Source: Leucoraja ocellata (Eukaryota). Taken from it: 64,000 nt of DNA. The stretch's first letter is position 1. Every line of letters begins with the position of its first letter. The stretch spans positions 18,414,001 through 18,478,000 of the forward strand of contig JAWMAR010000001.1 in assembly GCA_036785375.1 (NCBI GenBank), given 5' to 3'. The position numbers and the translations under genes are program-made. The notes beneath the pieces were generated by a model, which was given only the letters and a program-made list of their open reading frames with translations, had not been told where the DNA came from and made no database searches. Positions 49,700 through 63,040 of this stretch are shown in pieces.

Positions 49700-51308
49700 T
49701 CTATATCTATCTATTATTATATTACAAAAACTCTCATCTTGTTTGTTTCTATGTGTGTGTGTGTCCGAGCTGTGCTCCCAGAACCATGCAAAACGGTACA
49801 TGATAGCACAACAATTTTAGGTCCTACATTGTCCATGTGTGTGGTGTATCAGGTTTCTTTCAGATTGATGGTATATTTTACAAGTTATTCACATTTTAAA
49901 GTTTACAAAATCCAATTTGAGAAAAATCACTTGAACTTGCACTGACAGTTAGCAGCTATGTCACAATGGGATCTCATTTTACATAAACTGTCCGTCAGCA
50001 GTGTCCCCACCCCACAATGATGTCACAATGGGATCTCATTTACATTTAAAAAGTCAATTTTAAAAAACACAGCAGCGTTCCATTTAGATTGATGTTATAT
50101 TTTAAACTTCAAAAAATTAACTTTTCACTTTAAAAATCAAACTTTTCACTTTAAAACTTGCTCTGCCTGTTACAATGTTACCAAATGACAGTACACCCAA
50201 TGAGGGTTTGGTTATTGTTGTAAGGAGAGAGAGGGAGTGGGGGGAGGAGAGACAGGACTCCCAGTACAATGAGATTTGTCACATTGTTATAAAGAGAGGG
50301 AGAAAGTGGGGGAGAGGAGGATTTGTTGTTTAATGTTATTTAAACATTATGTTTAGTGGTGGAGTGGGATAGGGGGAGAGGTGAGCAGTGGGTGGAGCAG
50401 GTAGATAGAGGGAGAGGAGGGGTACGGAGGGGAAATATGTTATGGAGGAATGGAGGGACTGAGGGTAAGGGAAATGAGAGAGAAGGAGAGGTGAGGGAGG
50501 GAGTGGGGGAGGGGAGGAGGAGAGGGGAAAGAAGAGGGAAGGTAAAGAGGAGGGGGAGTGCTGGGGATGAGGGGAAATGAGCCACGCCTGCACAGTTGGG
50601 GGCTATGGGTGAGTAGTGGAATACTGCGTTCGGGCCCAGCCCTCCCATGTGACAGGGACCCATCGGGTCACACTTGGTTTAGTTTTTTATTACTAAATCT
50701 CTCATCTTGTTTGTTTTATTACTAAAACTCTCATCTTGTTTGTTTGTATATATGTGTGTTCCCGAACCTCCGCCAGAACGGTACACGATAGCGCTACAAT
50801 TTTAGGCCCACCTTACTCATCATTGTCCTGTGATGTGCATTCGCCAAGTTTTGTTCAGATTGATGTTTTATTTTTCAAGTTATTGACATTTTAAACTTAA
50901 ATTAACTTAAAACAGGCACTCCACTTGCCGGCCGCGACTGTGCAGTTGGGAGGGGCCCATCAGCCGCGTTACAATTGACATCATCGCCCTCACGCGTGCG
51001 TAGTGGGCCCGGCATCTGCGCCTGCGCAGTTGGCGCGTTTGACGAATTTCAGATCGCCATTTTTTTTTTTCCTTGCCTGGCCTCACAACGGGGACACAAC
51101 AGCTCCACGGGTAAGTTTCATTCTATTTTACAAATGTCTCCACGGGTCCTCCATTCACTTTAACTTTAACTTAATTTCTGCCGTCAACGGCACAACTTTG
51201 AACGCGGCAGTCGCACCAGCGCAGTGCGGGTCCATCAGCCGCTCATGCGCAGTTTGGTGGAATATTGCATTTGGAGAACGGGACCCAACGGGTCTGCACA
51301 TGGTCTAG
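49700..51308 (+). mobile_element. Two tandem non-autonomous Helitron-like elements (49700-50682; about 50688-51308)
   Basis: A|TC 5' end. Shared 5' block (tattac.aaaactctcatcttgtttgttt...aacggtaca.gatagc..acaattttagg). Each ends with a GACCC-3nt-GGGTC hairpin about 10 nt before (T/C)TAG|T. Confidence 0.75.
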
Positions 51309-54194
51309 TTTACACATAAATATTAAGTCATTAGCTGCAAAGGTCTTGGGGGTTTCTTGAAAATTTTTAAAATACTATATGAATGCAATTTTTCTTCCAG
51401 CTACACATCAGTTAAATTGGTCATTTATTAAAATGTAGTTACCTGGGAACATTGGGCTTGGAAACTAATGATTGTACAACAGTCATCCACTTCAAATATG
51501 AGCGTGAAATGGTACATTTTCAAGCTATGCCTACTAACTTTGTATAATAACTGTAAAATAGGCAAGATGCTCAAGGCTTTTTTGACAAATTCATTGAACT
51601 ACATTAAGCGACTGTAGGCCAAAGATACTAATATTTTGTTCAGCCTCTGCAAGACTGCTGCTGTTTTTACTAATTTAGGCAATTATTCCACATGCACCTA
51701 ATCTGTGGGGTGCACGTAATAACGCCAATCAAATTCATTTAGAATAGGAATAAGAACTGCTAACAATATTGTGCAAGGTTAGAGTCACAAGCAAAACAGT
51801 TCCAAAAGCTGCCAACCGAGTAAATATTAACACGAGCCATCTGCACAAATAATTTATGGATTAGCAGTCAGAGAGATGAAAATGGGATTCATCAGAGACT
51901 AAAGGTGTAAGCCGTGTTATCAACAGCACTCACTTACAGAAAATCTACGACTGATTTCCTTGCACTTACCACCACCCCGCCAAATGGGATTTCTGAATGT
52001 GTATTTAAATCTGGAGTGCTGATATCACTCGAGCATTAATGCAGAAAAACTATTGAACCTCTCAGCGATAAGGAATAAATTGGAAAAAGCTGGAAACACA
52101 CAGATCAGTAACTATCTCAAACAGCAATTTACCTCCCACTTTTACTCCTGTTGCAAACTGACATTTTCAAAGACTTCCAGCAATTTCTTCTAATCATTAA
52201 GCTTTTATTTGCAGTTTGGGCAGAAAGTATGTCATAATCTTACTAAAGAGCAAAGCAGCCCCAAACGACTGAATATCCTACTCCTGCCACTTTCTATGTT
52301 TTCTTTCTTTACCAATTGTGGTTGATGATTAGCTCTTCAGTCTTTAGTTATCACTACCCTTAACCAGCTCGAGGAGTTCGGCAGCATCAGCACAAAGATG
52401 ACACTCTTTATCCACTCCTTTGTCCATCACTTGCTACAGAAGCGTTTGTTTTCAAGCCTCATGTTTTAGTGGCTTCCACATTAAGACAGGTCCAAACCTA
52501 ACAAAGACGGGGACCATGAAAAGGGATAAAGTTTTGAACATATAATGGACAGAGAAGGGGGGAGGGGGGGGGAACCATAAATCTGGAAGAGAATTTGAGG
52601 GTTAAGACATTTCAGTTTGAAACGGAGAAGGGTGCAAGAGGGTAAAGAATGAGGAAACAAACAAATAGCTAAATTCACAGCTATATTTACAGCTACAAAA
52701 CCCCTGGATTTCAAAATATGTAACCCAGACATTCACAAGGAGAAATGGTTTACGGAATCCAGCTTTAAGGATGATGACTATTTAATGGATACAATGTGCA
52801 TCAAGGTTGAAATCACAAATAAAAATCTGCCCAAGGTGTCAAACACCCATTATAGATTGTACCTTGTCTATCTTAGATTTATTGGGCACCATTTTTGCAA
52901 AAATCAAAATATACATCTACCAGCTGATAACACAGTCCAGAATTCAATTTTAAGATAGGATGCCATATGAAGCTAATGAGAAAAGCCCATTAAATCCCTT
53001 CCACGTAACATTGCATCCCTGTGCACAAATTACACACAGAAGGCAAAATAACTGCAACAGCCAGGTGGCTCCTATCTTCACGGTGGCACAGTAACACAAT
53101 AGTTAGCACTGCGGAATCACAGCTGCAGGGACTCCATACAGCATAAAAAGATGACTCCATATTGCATAAATTGAATTCTTAATTGAAACTGTGCATGCTG
53201 TTGCAAAGTGGACATTCTATGACAAAGCAATACCAAGATATGAAAACATATTTGCTTTCAAAGCCTTTTCCAACACTGCATGAGACCCAGGGTGAAAAGG
53301 GGACACCAATCTCTCCAAATGTATTACATTATCTACAGAGCACAATGTGGACCCATCAGTCTTTACACAGGAATAGCAGTTCCTCTGTTCAGTCCATCAA
53401 ATCTAATTTACAATTGGTTGTGATGGCAGCTCGTTTTGACCCATTTGAACTTTCTTTCCCCATCTTCATACTTATGCTTTGAACTTATTTTAAATGCTTC
53501 AGTATCAATAACCTTTTGAATCAGTGCACTCCACATCAGCACCCGATTTGAACAAAATTGCTTCTTCTGGAATTGATTTTTAACTAGGTTACCTCAAATG
53601 CCACGGTTATATTCCCTTGAACTGGATTCCACCTCCTGAGGGAAAGGATTGCTTCCTTACCATACAGTCAAATTCTTTCTTCACATTTAATGTTTTAGTA
53701 TATTAAAAGTCAGATATTGCAAATTAATTTATAGATTTGAAATGCACAGTTGAGATCTCATGCATTCCCAGCGATATTCTTTGATATAAAAGGTTATTAG
53801 CAACATTTGTCCAGTTTCCCTTAAAAAATGTGATTCATTCAGAAGTAATTGTTGGCTTGCACAATGTCAAAATAGAAGATGCTTAAATAAACTGCTCAAA
53901 ATTCCAGCAAGTAAAAGCAATGGGTGATGAAACATTAAGTCATTCAACCCTCTCGATTCTGACACAGCTAACTCATGTGGCACGTGGTTGAAGATGCTAT
54001 AATTAGGATCCTATTACATACGTATCTGGGTAATAGCAGTCCTAAAGGGAAGACAAGGGATAGAGAATGAATTAACTAATGCTGGTTACCTGCACTGATC
54101 ACATTCTAAATACTCACCTGAAAACTAAACATTTAAAAGAGCAGAAAGCAAGAGCCTTCCAAAGTTGAGAAGACTAACACCACTCGTGTACGAG

Positions 54195-54983
54195 TAGGAG
54201 AGAACTGCAGATGCTGGTTTAAATCAAAGGTAGACACAAAATGCTGGAGTAACTTAGCGTAACAGGCAGCATCTCTGGAGGGAAGGAAAGGGTGACGTTT
54301 TGGGTCGAGACCCTTCTTCAGACTGATGTCAGGCGAGAGTGGGCGGAACAGAGATAGAAAGTAGTCAGAGACAGGAAGACTGGTGGGAGAACTGGGAAGG
54401 GGGAGGGGATAAAGAGAGAGGGAAAACAAGGGCTATTTGAAGTTGAGTAGTCAATGTTCATACCGTGGGGTGTAAACTACCCAAGTGAAATATGAGGTGC
54501 TGTTCCTCCAATTTGCACTGGGCCTCACTCTGACAATGGAGGCAGCCCAGGACAGAAAGGTTAGCTTGGGAATGGGAGGGGGAGTTAAAGTGCTGAGCAA
54601 CCGGGAGATCAGGTAGGTTTAGGCGGACTGAGCGGAGGTGTTCAGCGAAACGATTGCCGAGCCTGCGCTTCGCTGATGTACAGAAGTTGACACCTAGAAC
54701 AGCGGATTCAGTAGATGGAGTTGGAGCAGGTGCAAGTAAACCTCTGCCTCACCTGAAAAGACTGTCGTGGTCCTTGGATGGAGTCGAGGGGGGAGGTAAA
54801 GGGACAGCTGTTGCATCTCCTGCAGTTGCAGGGGAAGGTACCTGGGGAGGGGGTGGTTTGGGTGGGAAGGGATGAGTTGACCAGGGAGTTGCAGAGCGAA
54901 TGGTCTCTGCGCAAAGCAGAAAGAGGTGGAGATGGGAAGATGTGGCCAGTAGTGGGATTCCATTGGAGGTGGCGAAAATGTTG
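54195..54983 (-). mobile_element. Truncated Penelope-like retroelement (Zn-finger linker plus GIY-YIG endonuclease remnant, and terminal repeat with hammerhead-like core)
   Basis: RRDHSL..SLV...PGTFPCNCRRCNSCP...FTCTCSNSIY followed by CSRCQLLYI and RFAEHLRSV...PVAQHFN remnants. Terminus GTCTGAAGAAGGGTCTCGACCCAAAACGTCACC at about 54291-54323. Confidence 0.85.
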
Positions 54984-55100
54984 ACTTCAAAAAGAGGATT
55001 ATATGCTGAAGGATATATTCATGAATGAACTCTCTCTGTGTTCATCTGTGCGCATAGATATAGATAGAAATGTGTCTGCTTCCAAAACAAAGTCTCTCAC

Positions 55101-55122
55101 CTTTGGTTTTTTGTTCTGTAAC
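55101..55122 (-). CDS. TNRC6B: TNRC6B 22-nt microexon (VTEQKTK)
   Basis: gtttcag|GTTACAGAACAAAAAACCAAAG|gtgaga. Joins TG CCC GAA to give VTEQKTKVPE, as in the recalled TNRC6B N-terminus. Confidence 0.9.
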
Positions 55123-55759
55123 CTGAAACACACAAAAAGAAAAATGCTGGTCAGTTCACAGCCATGATTCCAGTACCTATCAAAAAAATCACTAGCAACT
55201 AGCAGGCTCCCAATATTTTTTCCACCATTGAGGCCAAGGCTGAGGGTTACTATCATTTTGCATCATCCTTCCACCAGTCTCTAGAGGACAGTGCTGATCA
55301 GCAAATATAAGAGTTATAAAATACCATATGGTGCCCATCATAATAGTGTACACCTGAGAGCAGTTACCAGAAATAAAACACATTACTAATACCCGAGTAA
55401 TTACTATTAATTTGCACTACAGTATTAGAATACTTTGTTACCCGTGCATAAGGGCAAAGCAACAACTAAGTCAGCTGTCATGGAACAGAACTTTATTCAA
55501 GATAGAGGTCTGATGATCCAATTTAATTCATACACTCTGACACAATGTATATCAGACACTAGCAGGATCAACTGCAATAATGTCACTGGATTTGATTGGC
55601 ACCTTGCTAAACCATGGGGTCAGTTGCACAACCCTGATATTTGGCCAGAATGCTCTGATGAAAGGAGAAAGAGAAGTGGAGAGGAAAGTGCTATTGTAAT
55701 CATTTCATCGGCAGGTCTCAATCAGTTGGGATCTGTAACAACATCTCCTCCTCACTGAC

Positions 55760-56770
55760 CATTTGCAGATGCACCTTAAGGCTACATGGCTAGCCTTATG
55801 CTGTGCTCTCTTGACACCCATGACTGTGTGGCTAAGCACAGCTCCTACAAATTTGCCAACAACACCATTATTGTTGGCCGATTACAGGTGGTTTGAGGCA
55901 GCGTACAGGCAAAAAACTGAACACCTGGTGACTGATGCTGCCATAACAACCTCCCTCTCAACGCAAACAAAACCAAGGAACTAATTCTGTTTGAAGGAGG
56001 GGTCCATCCCAAAACATCACCCATCCTTTTCTCCACAGATGCTGCCTGACACAGAGGTAGACAAAAGTGCTGGAGAAACTCAGCGGGTGCAGCAGTATCT
56101 ATGGAGCGAAGGAAATAGGCAACGTTTCGGGCCAAAACCCTTCTTCAGACCAACACATTGTGTCTGTCTTTGGTATAAACAAGCATCTGCAGTTCCTTCC
56201 TATACTAGGAACTAAATGTTGACTTCAAAAAGAGGAAATAGGGAGACCTTGTGACAGTTTTCATTGGTGGCTCAGCAATGGATAGATTTGGCAGCTTCAA
56301 ATTCCTAAGCATTAACATCTCAGAAGATCTGTCCGGAGCCCACCACATAGATGTAATCAGAAAGAAGGAGCACTAGTGTCTTTATATTCATAGAAGTTTC
56401 AAGAAATTCAAGCCATGTCACCAAATACTCCAACAAACACTTACTGATGCACTGTTGAAAGCATCGTGATTGCTTGCTTGGTGCAGCAATTATATCGCAC
56501 TGATATGCAAGAGGCTACAGAAAGAGGTGAAATTGGCCCGGTGCATCATGAACACAGCCCTTCCTACCATTGAAAGCATCTACATGAGGCCCTGCCTCTA
56601 GAAGGTGGCATCTACCATCAAGAATCCCCACCATGTGTGCTGTGTACTCTTCTCGTTGCTATGCTGCTACACTTGGGGGCATGAAGTACAAAAGTCTGAA
56701 GCACAACCCCACCAGGTTCGGGTTCAGCTACTTTCCTACGACCATCATGTCCTTGAACCAATTTGCACAA
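55760..56770 (+). mobile_element. Old Rex1/L2-like RT fragment interrupted by Penelope-derived pieces (about 55990-56205)
   Basis: Remnants acccatgactgtgtggc, aaaaccaaggaacta, agcttcaaattccta and gaaagcatc, colinear with 47709-48844. Confidence 0.7.
56118..56150 (-). ncRNA. Minimal hammerhead-ribozyme-like motif with intact core
   Basis: GUCUGAAGA-A-GGGU UUUG GCCC-GAAAC-GUU-GCC: CUGANGA, stem II, GAAA, palindromic ACGU stem III, UH site. Activity is not shown. Confidence 0.6.
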
Positions 56771-57189
56771 CACTAATCCTACCTCGGCATCAGAACACTA
56801 CTTGAGCAAACATGCAGTGTGTGCTCAATTCAGCATTAAAAAGAAAGACTGGTGTTTGTTTATATATATCAGAGTGAGAATGGGGTGAGAGGAGGTAATA
56901 CACTGAAGTACCTTCAGGCTACACGTGGACAAGAATGATATGCATCAACAAATCCTCAAAGCCAAATAATATGCTGTATGGTCATTGATTTGGGAATGAA
57001 GTAAAAGCCAGAACATATGCCCTTATACTGTTCTGGAACAGGAACATTGTGACATTAAGATCAAGGTCATCTCAGCATAATAATGAAATTCCAGGTAGAA
57101 GTTTAAAAATATCTGAAGTTCCATGTATTAAGAATAATATGTTCTTGTTTAGCCATCATCAGTGTTATAGGACTGTCTGCATTTATTAG

Positions 57190-57530
57190 AGTGATACTGT
57201 GTGGAAACATGTTCTTCAGTCCAACTTGCTCAAACCGGCCAACATGTTCCAGCTACACTGGTCCCACCTGCCTGCATTTGGCCCATATTCTCCAACGACC
57301 TCCTCTGGCTGCTCGTTCCATGCACCACCACCTTTTGTGTGAAAAAGTCACCTCTCAGGTTCCTATAAAATCTTTCCCCGTTCACCTTGAACCTATATTC
57401 TCTGGTCTTCGAATCTCCCTACTCACAAGTTCATAAGACATAGGAGCAGAATTAGGCCATTCGGTCCACAAGTCTGCCATTCAACCACAGGAGATCTACT
57501 TTTCCCTCTCAACCCCATTCTTCTGTTTTT
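57190..57530 (-). mobile_element. CR1-like LINE 3' fragments
   Basis: cactggtcccacctgcctgcatttggcccata...; cataggagcagaattaggccattcgg. Confidence 0.65.
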
Positions 57531-59819
57531 TCCTGCGTACTGCAGACAGCTTTTTGCAGGAGAAGCTTGCTGATGATGCACGGTAAGTGACTACAAGTTT
57601 AGGGGCTTGAGCTACAACGTGAATTGAAAAACTGCATTCACATAACCAACGATGCAAAAAACTCAAAAAATTAAACATCGAGTTTGAAGTCATTATAAAT
57701 GGCCAAATTGGCAGTTTCTAATTGCTTTGTGTTTTGATCATCTCGTCCATCTACCTGCAACTTCATATTACAAGCATTTTGTTTCCAAAATGTACAATCA
57801 AGTGAAATTAAACAATAGGCCACTAATTTAAAACATATTCTAGTATGCAACAATGTAAATAGATTTGTATAATGGAGTACGCCTTCATTATCGTAAAGCA
57901 GCAGAAATAGCCAGCTCTGATGAAGAAAGAGAAAATGAGTTCTCCAAACCTGAACTGGCCATATCTACTGCAGTCCATGTGATATGGGCTCGTTTTTCTC
58001 CCTCCATTTTGATCCTTTAGCATCCTGATCTCCTGCGCACATCTTCCTGCCTTGCATTTTTCACACTTTGCATTCCCACTGTCTCACAGTCCCTATTAAC
58101 CCACTGAATGTATTATCTCTACAACCTATCCCAATGGCAACCCTGGCCTCACCCTGTTACAGATATTCCCTTTTGTTCTATCCACCCCTTTCCCATCTTT
58201 AACTTCAAACTATTTTTTTCTCTCTTGTCCAATTATAACAACAGGCCTCTAGCCCAAAATATTACAATTTTCTTTCTGCAGCTTCTATTTTTATTTCTAA
58301 AATATGTATTTTGATTTTAATTCACAATTGCAGTTACTCTGCAGTATTAATTAATCATACACCACACTTTGTCTCTCACCCCACCATGCCTCATCAAGCT
58401 TTCTGATAAGATCTGAAATTAATATCCAAGAGGCTCTTAACACTTCTGGATAAAATGTCCTCAATTAACAAGGAAGAAGAGGTCAAGACAGTTATCAACT
58501 TGTCAAAAACCTTACTTACTCTATAATATTCTCCTTCTGATGTATGAATTCCTAACAATCATTCTCTACTCTATTACTATGCTACTAGTTTATCACCTCG
58601 TTCATGTCGACAAGTAACAAATAATACTCCCAAATCTGTTCTCACAAACCAATTTTATAACCAACAATCAAATGAGACACAATCAATCAACAAAGTCTGG
58701 ATTAGAACCTCACAATAAAAGGTGAAAAACCAATTAGATGATGCTACCCGTTTGTATTATCAACAGTTTATTCCAACTATATGGGGCAGGTTATGGGCAG
58801 GGCCACAAGAAACTGCACTGGATGATTGAAAACCATAATGCGTCAAATTTCCTTCTGTAACAGTGGACATTTTAATGGAATGAAATACATGATAAAGGAA
58901 AAAAATCTGATAAAGAATCTGCCAGTTATACATTTCTTAATTCTAACCAGACTCTAAAGGCCATTCAGAAAAAAACTGAATTCAATAGCCATGTGTTTTT
59001 CAAAAAGTGAGCTGTCACACTTTAAACTCAGACAGTAAAGATTACTCTTGTCATGAAATTGCATTTATCCTTCCTTTCTACTTTAGCTTCATATTCCTTA
59101 TGTTTGCAACCACAACAAGAGCAACAAAAAAGACTAAAGTGCTGGAGTAACTCAGCAGGTCAGGCAGCTGAAGAATGTGGAGAGGTGACGTTTTGGGTCA
59201 GGACCCTTCTTCAAGTGCAAAATCTGAGGAAGTGGTTGAGGCTGGGACTGGTATGGTAATTCATAGAATCTTACAGCCTATCATGCCTACAATAGTTCTT
59301 TCAGAAAGTGCTCTGAATTTGAAATTCATACCAAAGAGCGACTAGGCCATGTTAGGGCTCTGTTTTCCCTGCTTTCTTTTATTGGTCAAGTTTCCTGGGC
59401 TTGGCATTGGATATGCCCTCTGCAGCTAAACATTCAATTCTTACCTCAGATTCTCACCACATCTCCCTGGCATTTCTTACAGTCACAACAAGGTGTCATA
59501 GTTGTGGGAGCTTTTTCAAGATGTTGTGACCGATCTAGGAATTCCCAGATCAGCCTCCATGACATCAATTGGGTTTTTTTAGAAAAACAGGGGAAACTGG
59601 TGTCCCATATATGAGGGTGTTCCATATATAGAATTGGTGTCCCATATAAAGAGTCCATGGAACAGATAATATGTGTGTCGGATACAGGATGTCCTGCACA
59701 ATCAATACTGCTCATCTGGCAGCCCAGCCTTGCTAATGCGTCAAAAGAGTAAATACAAGAACTGTATTGTTTGGAAAGTGAGATTTAAAGAGCAACCAAT
59801 CTTGTTTTTTTCCATAGTG

Positions 59820-60002
59820 TTTAAGAAGGAACTGCAGATGCTGGAGAATCGAAGGTACACAAAAAAGCTGGAGAAACTCAGCAGGTGCAGCAGCAGCTAT
59901 GGAGCGAAGGAAATAGGCAACGTTTCGGGCCGAAACCCTTCTTCAGACTGGTCCATAGATGCTGCTGCACCTGCTGAGTTTCTCCAGCTTTTTTGTGTAC
60001 CT
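59820..60002. mobile_element. Partially palindromic Penelope-derived short element
   Basis: Same TTTAAGAAGGAACTGCAGATGCTGG start as 17695 and 23877. Inverted arm at 59952-60002. Imperfect duplication TTGTTTTTT(T)CATA(G/C)TG on both sides. Confidence 0.85.
59915..59950 (-). ncRNA. Minimal hammerhead-ribozyme-like motif with intact core
   Basis: CAGU-CUGAAGA-A-GGGU UUCG GCCC-GAAAC-GUU-GCCU, sense to the TNRC6B pre-mRNA. Activity is not shown. Confidence 0.62.
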
Positions 60003-61749
60003 TTGTTTTTTTCATACTGCTGTTCATGACCTAACATCAAACATGGTTTATTTAACTGCATAAACATTACTCAAGCGAGTTTGTAGTCTGAATCATACAC
60101 TTGTGTTGATGTGTACAATTCCTATTGTAACATGAAGGATTTTATTTTGCTAATTCTCTGCCTTGTTGCTTGTGGAATTATAATCACTCCACTGTGGCAC
60201 ATACTACCTTAAAGGTCAAATCTTACATTGAAGCTACAGCAGTGAGCACTGGCAACTTTCAACCTTTGCAGGACACAGCAAAGAGCTGATCCTAACTCTA
60301 CTTAAGATTTGCCCATGCTTTCCAGCATGGATCAATAAACAGCTAATGAAAAAACTGCCCTTTTCAGCCAAACTCAGCACTGACCATGATTTAATCTAGG
60401 ATTTTACTGTGTTTATTCAGGGACAAAGGAATGCAAAATTATGACCAAACCGAACCATATTACAGAAGCTGCAATAATTGCACAATTTCACAACAGAATC
60501 ATTGCCACCGCCAGAACATCACCAGTGTTGGCCACATGTACCGATCTGATACACGTTAATAATGATATAATGCTTAACGAGCTGCTTTTTACCCTGCTGA
60601 AGGAGTGTTAAATTTGATATGAGCAAAGCACTGATATATTCTATTTTCTAGGGAAATGTACAGGTAATGTTTAATTCACATAGAAATGAAAATTCAGGAG
60701 GAAATTCATTATTTAAATAATGGACTGCAGGCAATTCTGTATTATGGGGAGGAGGAGGGGTCATGTTCCTGGAGGGATGCACATTGCAATTTTCTGTAAC
60801 AAAGCATCAACAAATGTTAATTTACTTACTTATCTTTCCACATAAAATCTGCAAGAGTGAAATCTATTCCATTTCTAAAATATTTGGGTAGTGATTTATG
60901 ATTTCTATAAAGGCAAATTTCCATTACCTTACGTTTTGGATGTGGTTAAGGCAGCCATCTGCAGATTGGGATGGTGAGATATGGTGGGTTGGGGAAGGAA
61001 ACTCACAAAATGTATTTTATGAAGCACCAGATCACCTGGAGGGAAACGGCTACAGATGTGGTCATGTAGAGGAACAGACTCAATGCTTATGTGCAACTTC
61101 AGTTTATTGTGTATCCATGAGGAGGATACGAACAGTAAAAATACGATGCGAGTTATAATATTAAATTAGAAAAAATTTGTAGTGGGCCCATATGTACAGG
61201 AACGCTACTCAGCTAATAGAAGACGTTAGTACACAAAAACAGGAGTCACAAGCAAAGATCTTGCTCAAATGGCATTGCATGAAAGGGCAGCCTTATAACA
61301 TGAATGCAATCGAGCACAATGAGAACATTCAGCTTTTGGATTGCTGATTTGATGGTGCAAGGATGACAGCACTGTTGCAGGGGAAAAGAACATAAGAAAA
61401 ATAGACTTTTATGACTAGAAATGGCAGTAGAATAGATACAGACCACTGTGTGATGAATAGAAGGGGAAAGATCAACATGGAACAAATACACAAAGAAAAA
61501 TTTAACACTAACGACACTGTAAATAAGTCAAAACAAATTTCAGAAAAGGATTGGGGTGGTAAGACCATCACTATACAACCAAAAATAGAAAATGTGATTT
61601 GTATGGCAAGCAAATTTAAGGTAATTTCAACGGTTCAAAGGTCTGTTTATTGTCACGAGTACCACGTAAGGTACAGTGAAACTTGAATTACCATTTCAAC
61701 TGTATATTCACAGCAAGGACATAAGCAAATGATGGATCTCATGTTATAA

Positions 61750-61845
61750 GCTGAAGAAGGGTCTCGACCCGAAACATCACCTATTCCTTTTCTCCACAGA
61801 GATGCTATCTGACCCGCTGAGTTACTCCAGCTCTTTGTGTCTATA
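61750..61845 (+). mobile_element. Penelope-derived short element with hammerhead-like core
   Basis: CTGAAGAAGGGTCTCGACCCGAAACATCACC...gatgct...cccgctgagttactccagc. Confidence 0.8.
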
Positions 61846-62149
61846 TTCACCAACATCAATGTTAGAAATGGGTAGACAGTGACATTAAAATATAGGTTGG
61901 TGAGCCCTATGTGACTCACATAAAATAATTAGCAGGCATATGAGAATATTGGTGCTAAGTCACAGTCATAGAGCACAGAATCAGGCCCATCAGCCCATCA
62001 AGTTTGTGCCATCCAATAGAGCTTAAAAAAAAACCTAATGGTTCTGTGGGGGAAAATGTTGTTCTGCAGATCTTGAGGGATATTCTGCAAATAGGACTCA
62101 GATTACCGCTAAATATTTAACGCATGGCACATATAATTTTTTTTATAGG

Positions 62150-63040
62150 CTGGAGCTAAACATGCCGGGGTATTCGATATTCAGGAAGGATAGACAGAAT
62201 AGGAAGAGGAGGTGGGGTGGCACTGCTGGTTAAAAAGAGGAGATGAATGCAATAGCAAGGAGAGACATTAGCTTGGATGCTGTAGAATCAGTATGGGTAG
62301 AACTGCGAAATAGCCAAGGACAGAAAACGCTTGTTGGAGTTGTGTACAGACCACCAAACAGCAGTAGGGAGGTTGGGGATAGCATCAAGCAGGAAATTAG
62401 GGATGCGTGTAGCAAAGGTACAGCAGTTATCATGAGTGACTTTAATCTAAATATAGATTGGGACAACCAAATTGGTAGCAGTGCTGAGGAGGAGGATTTC
62501 CTGAAATGTATACGGGGTGGTTTTTTAAACCAATATGTAGAAGAGCCAACTAGAGGACAGGCCATCCTGGACTGGGTATTGTGTAATGAGTTAGTGATCT
62601 TGTTGTGCAAAGCCCCTTGGGCAACAGTGACCATAATATGGTAGAATTCTGCATTAGGATGGAGAGTGACACAGTTAATTCAGAGATTAGGGTCCCGAAC
62701 TTAAAGAAAGGGGACTTTGAAGGTATAAGACGGGAATTGGCTAGGATAGACTGTCAAATTATATTTAATGGATTGACAGTGGAGATGCAATGGCAAAGAT
62801 TTAAAGACCGCATGGAAGAACTCCACAAATTGCAGATGCAGTATAATGTGGGTAAATGTGAGGTTATCCACTTTGGTGGCAAGAACAGGAAGTCAGATTA
62901 TTATCCGAATGGTGTCAGATTAGAAAAAAGGGAGGTGCAACGAGACCAGGTGTCCTTGTACATCAGTCACTGAAAGTAAGCATGCAGGCAGTGAAGAAAG
63001 CTAATGACATGTTGGCTTTCATTGTGAGAGGATTTGAGTT
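62150..63040 (+). mobile_element. CR1-like LINE ORF2 remnant (APE endonuclease plus internally deleted RT region)
   Basis: ESVWVEL, VGVVYRPP, IMSDFN, LDWVL, LGNSDHN, then QMQYNVGKCEVIHFGGKN; frameshifted. Confidence 0.88.

Noticed and set aside
59446-59534. Exon-like segment (tcctag|...GAG|gtaaga) as an upstream TNRC6B exon
   Set aside because: It does not encode the expected Lys/Glu-rich N-terminal peptide; no independent support. The true upstream exons were not found in the window.
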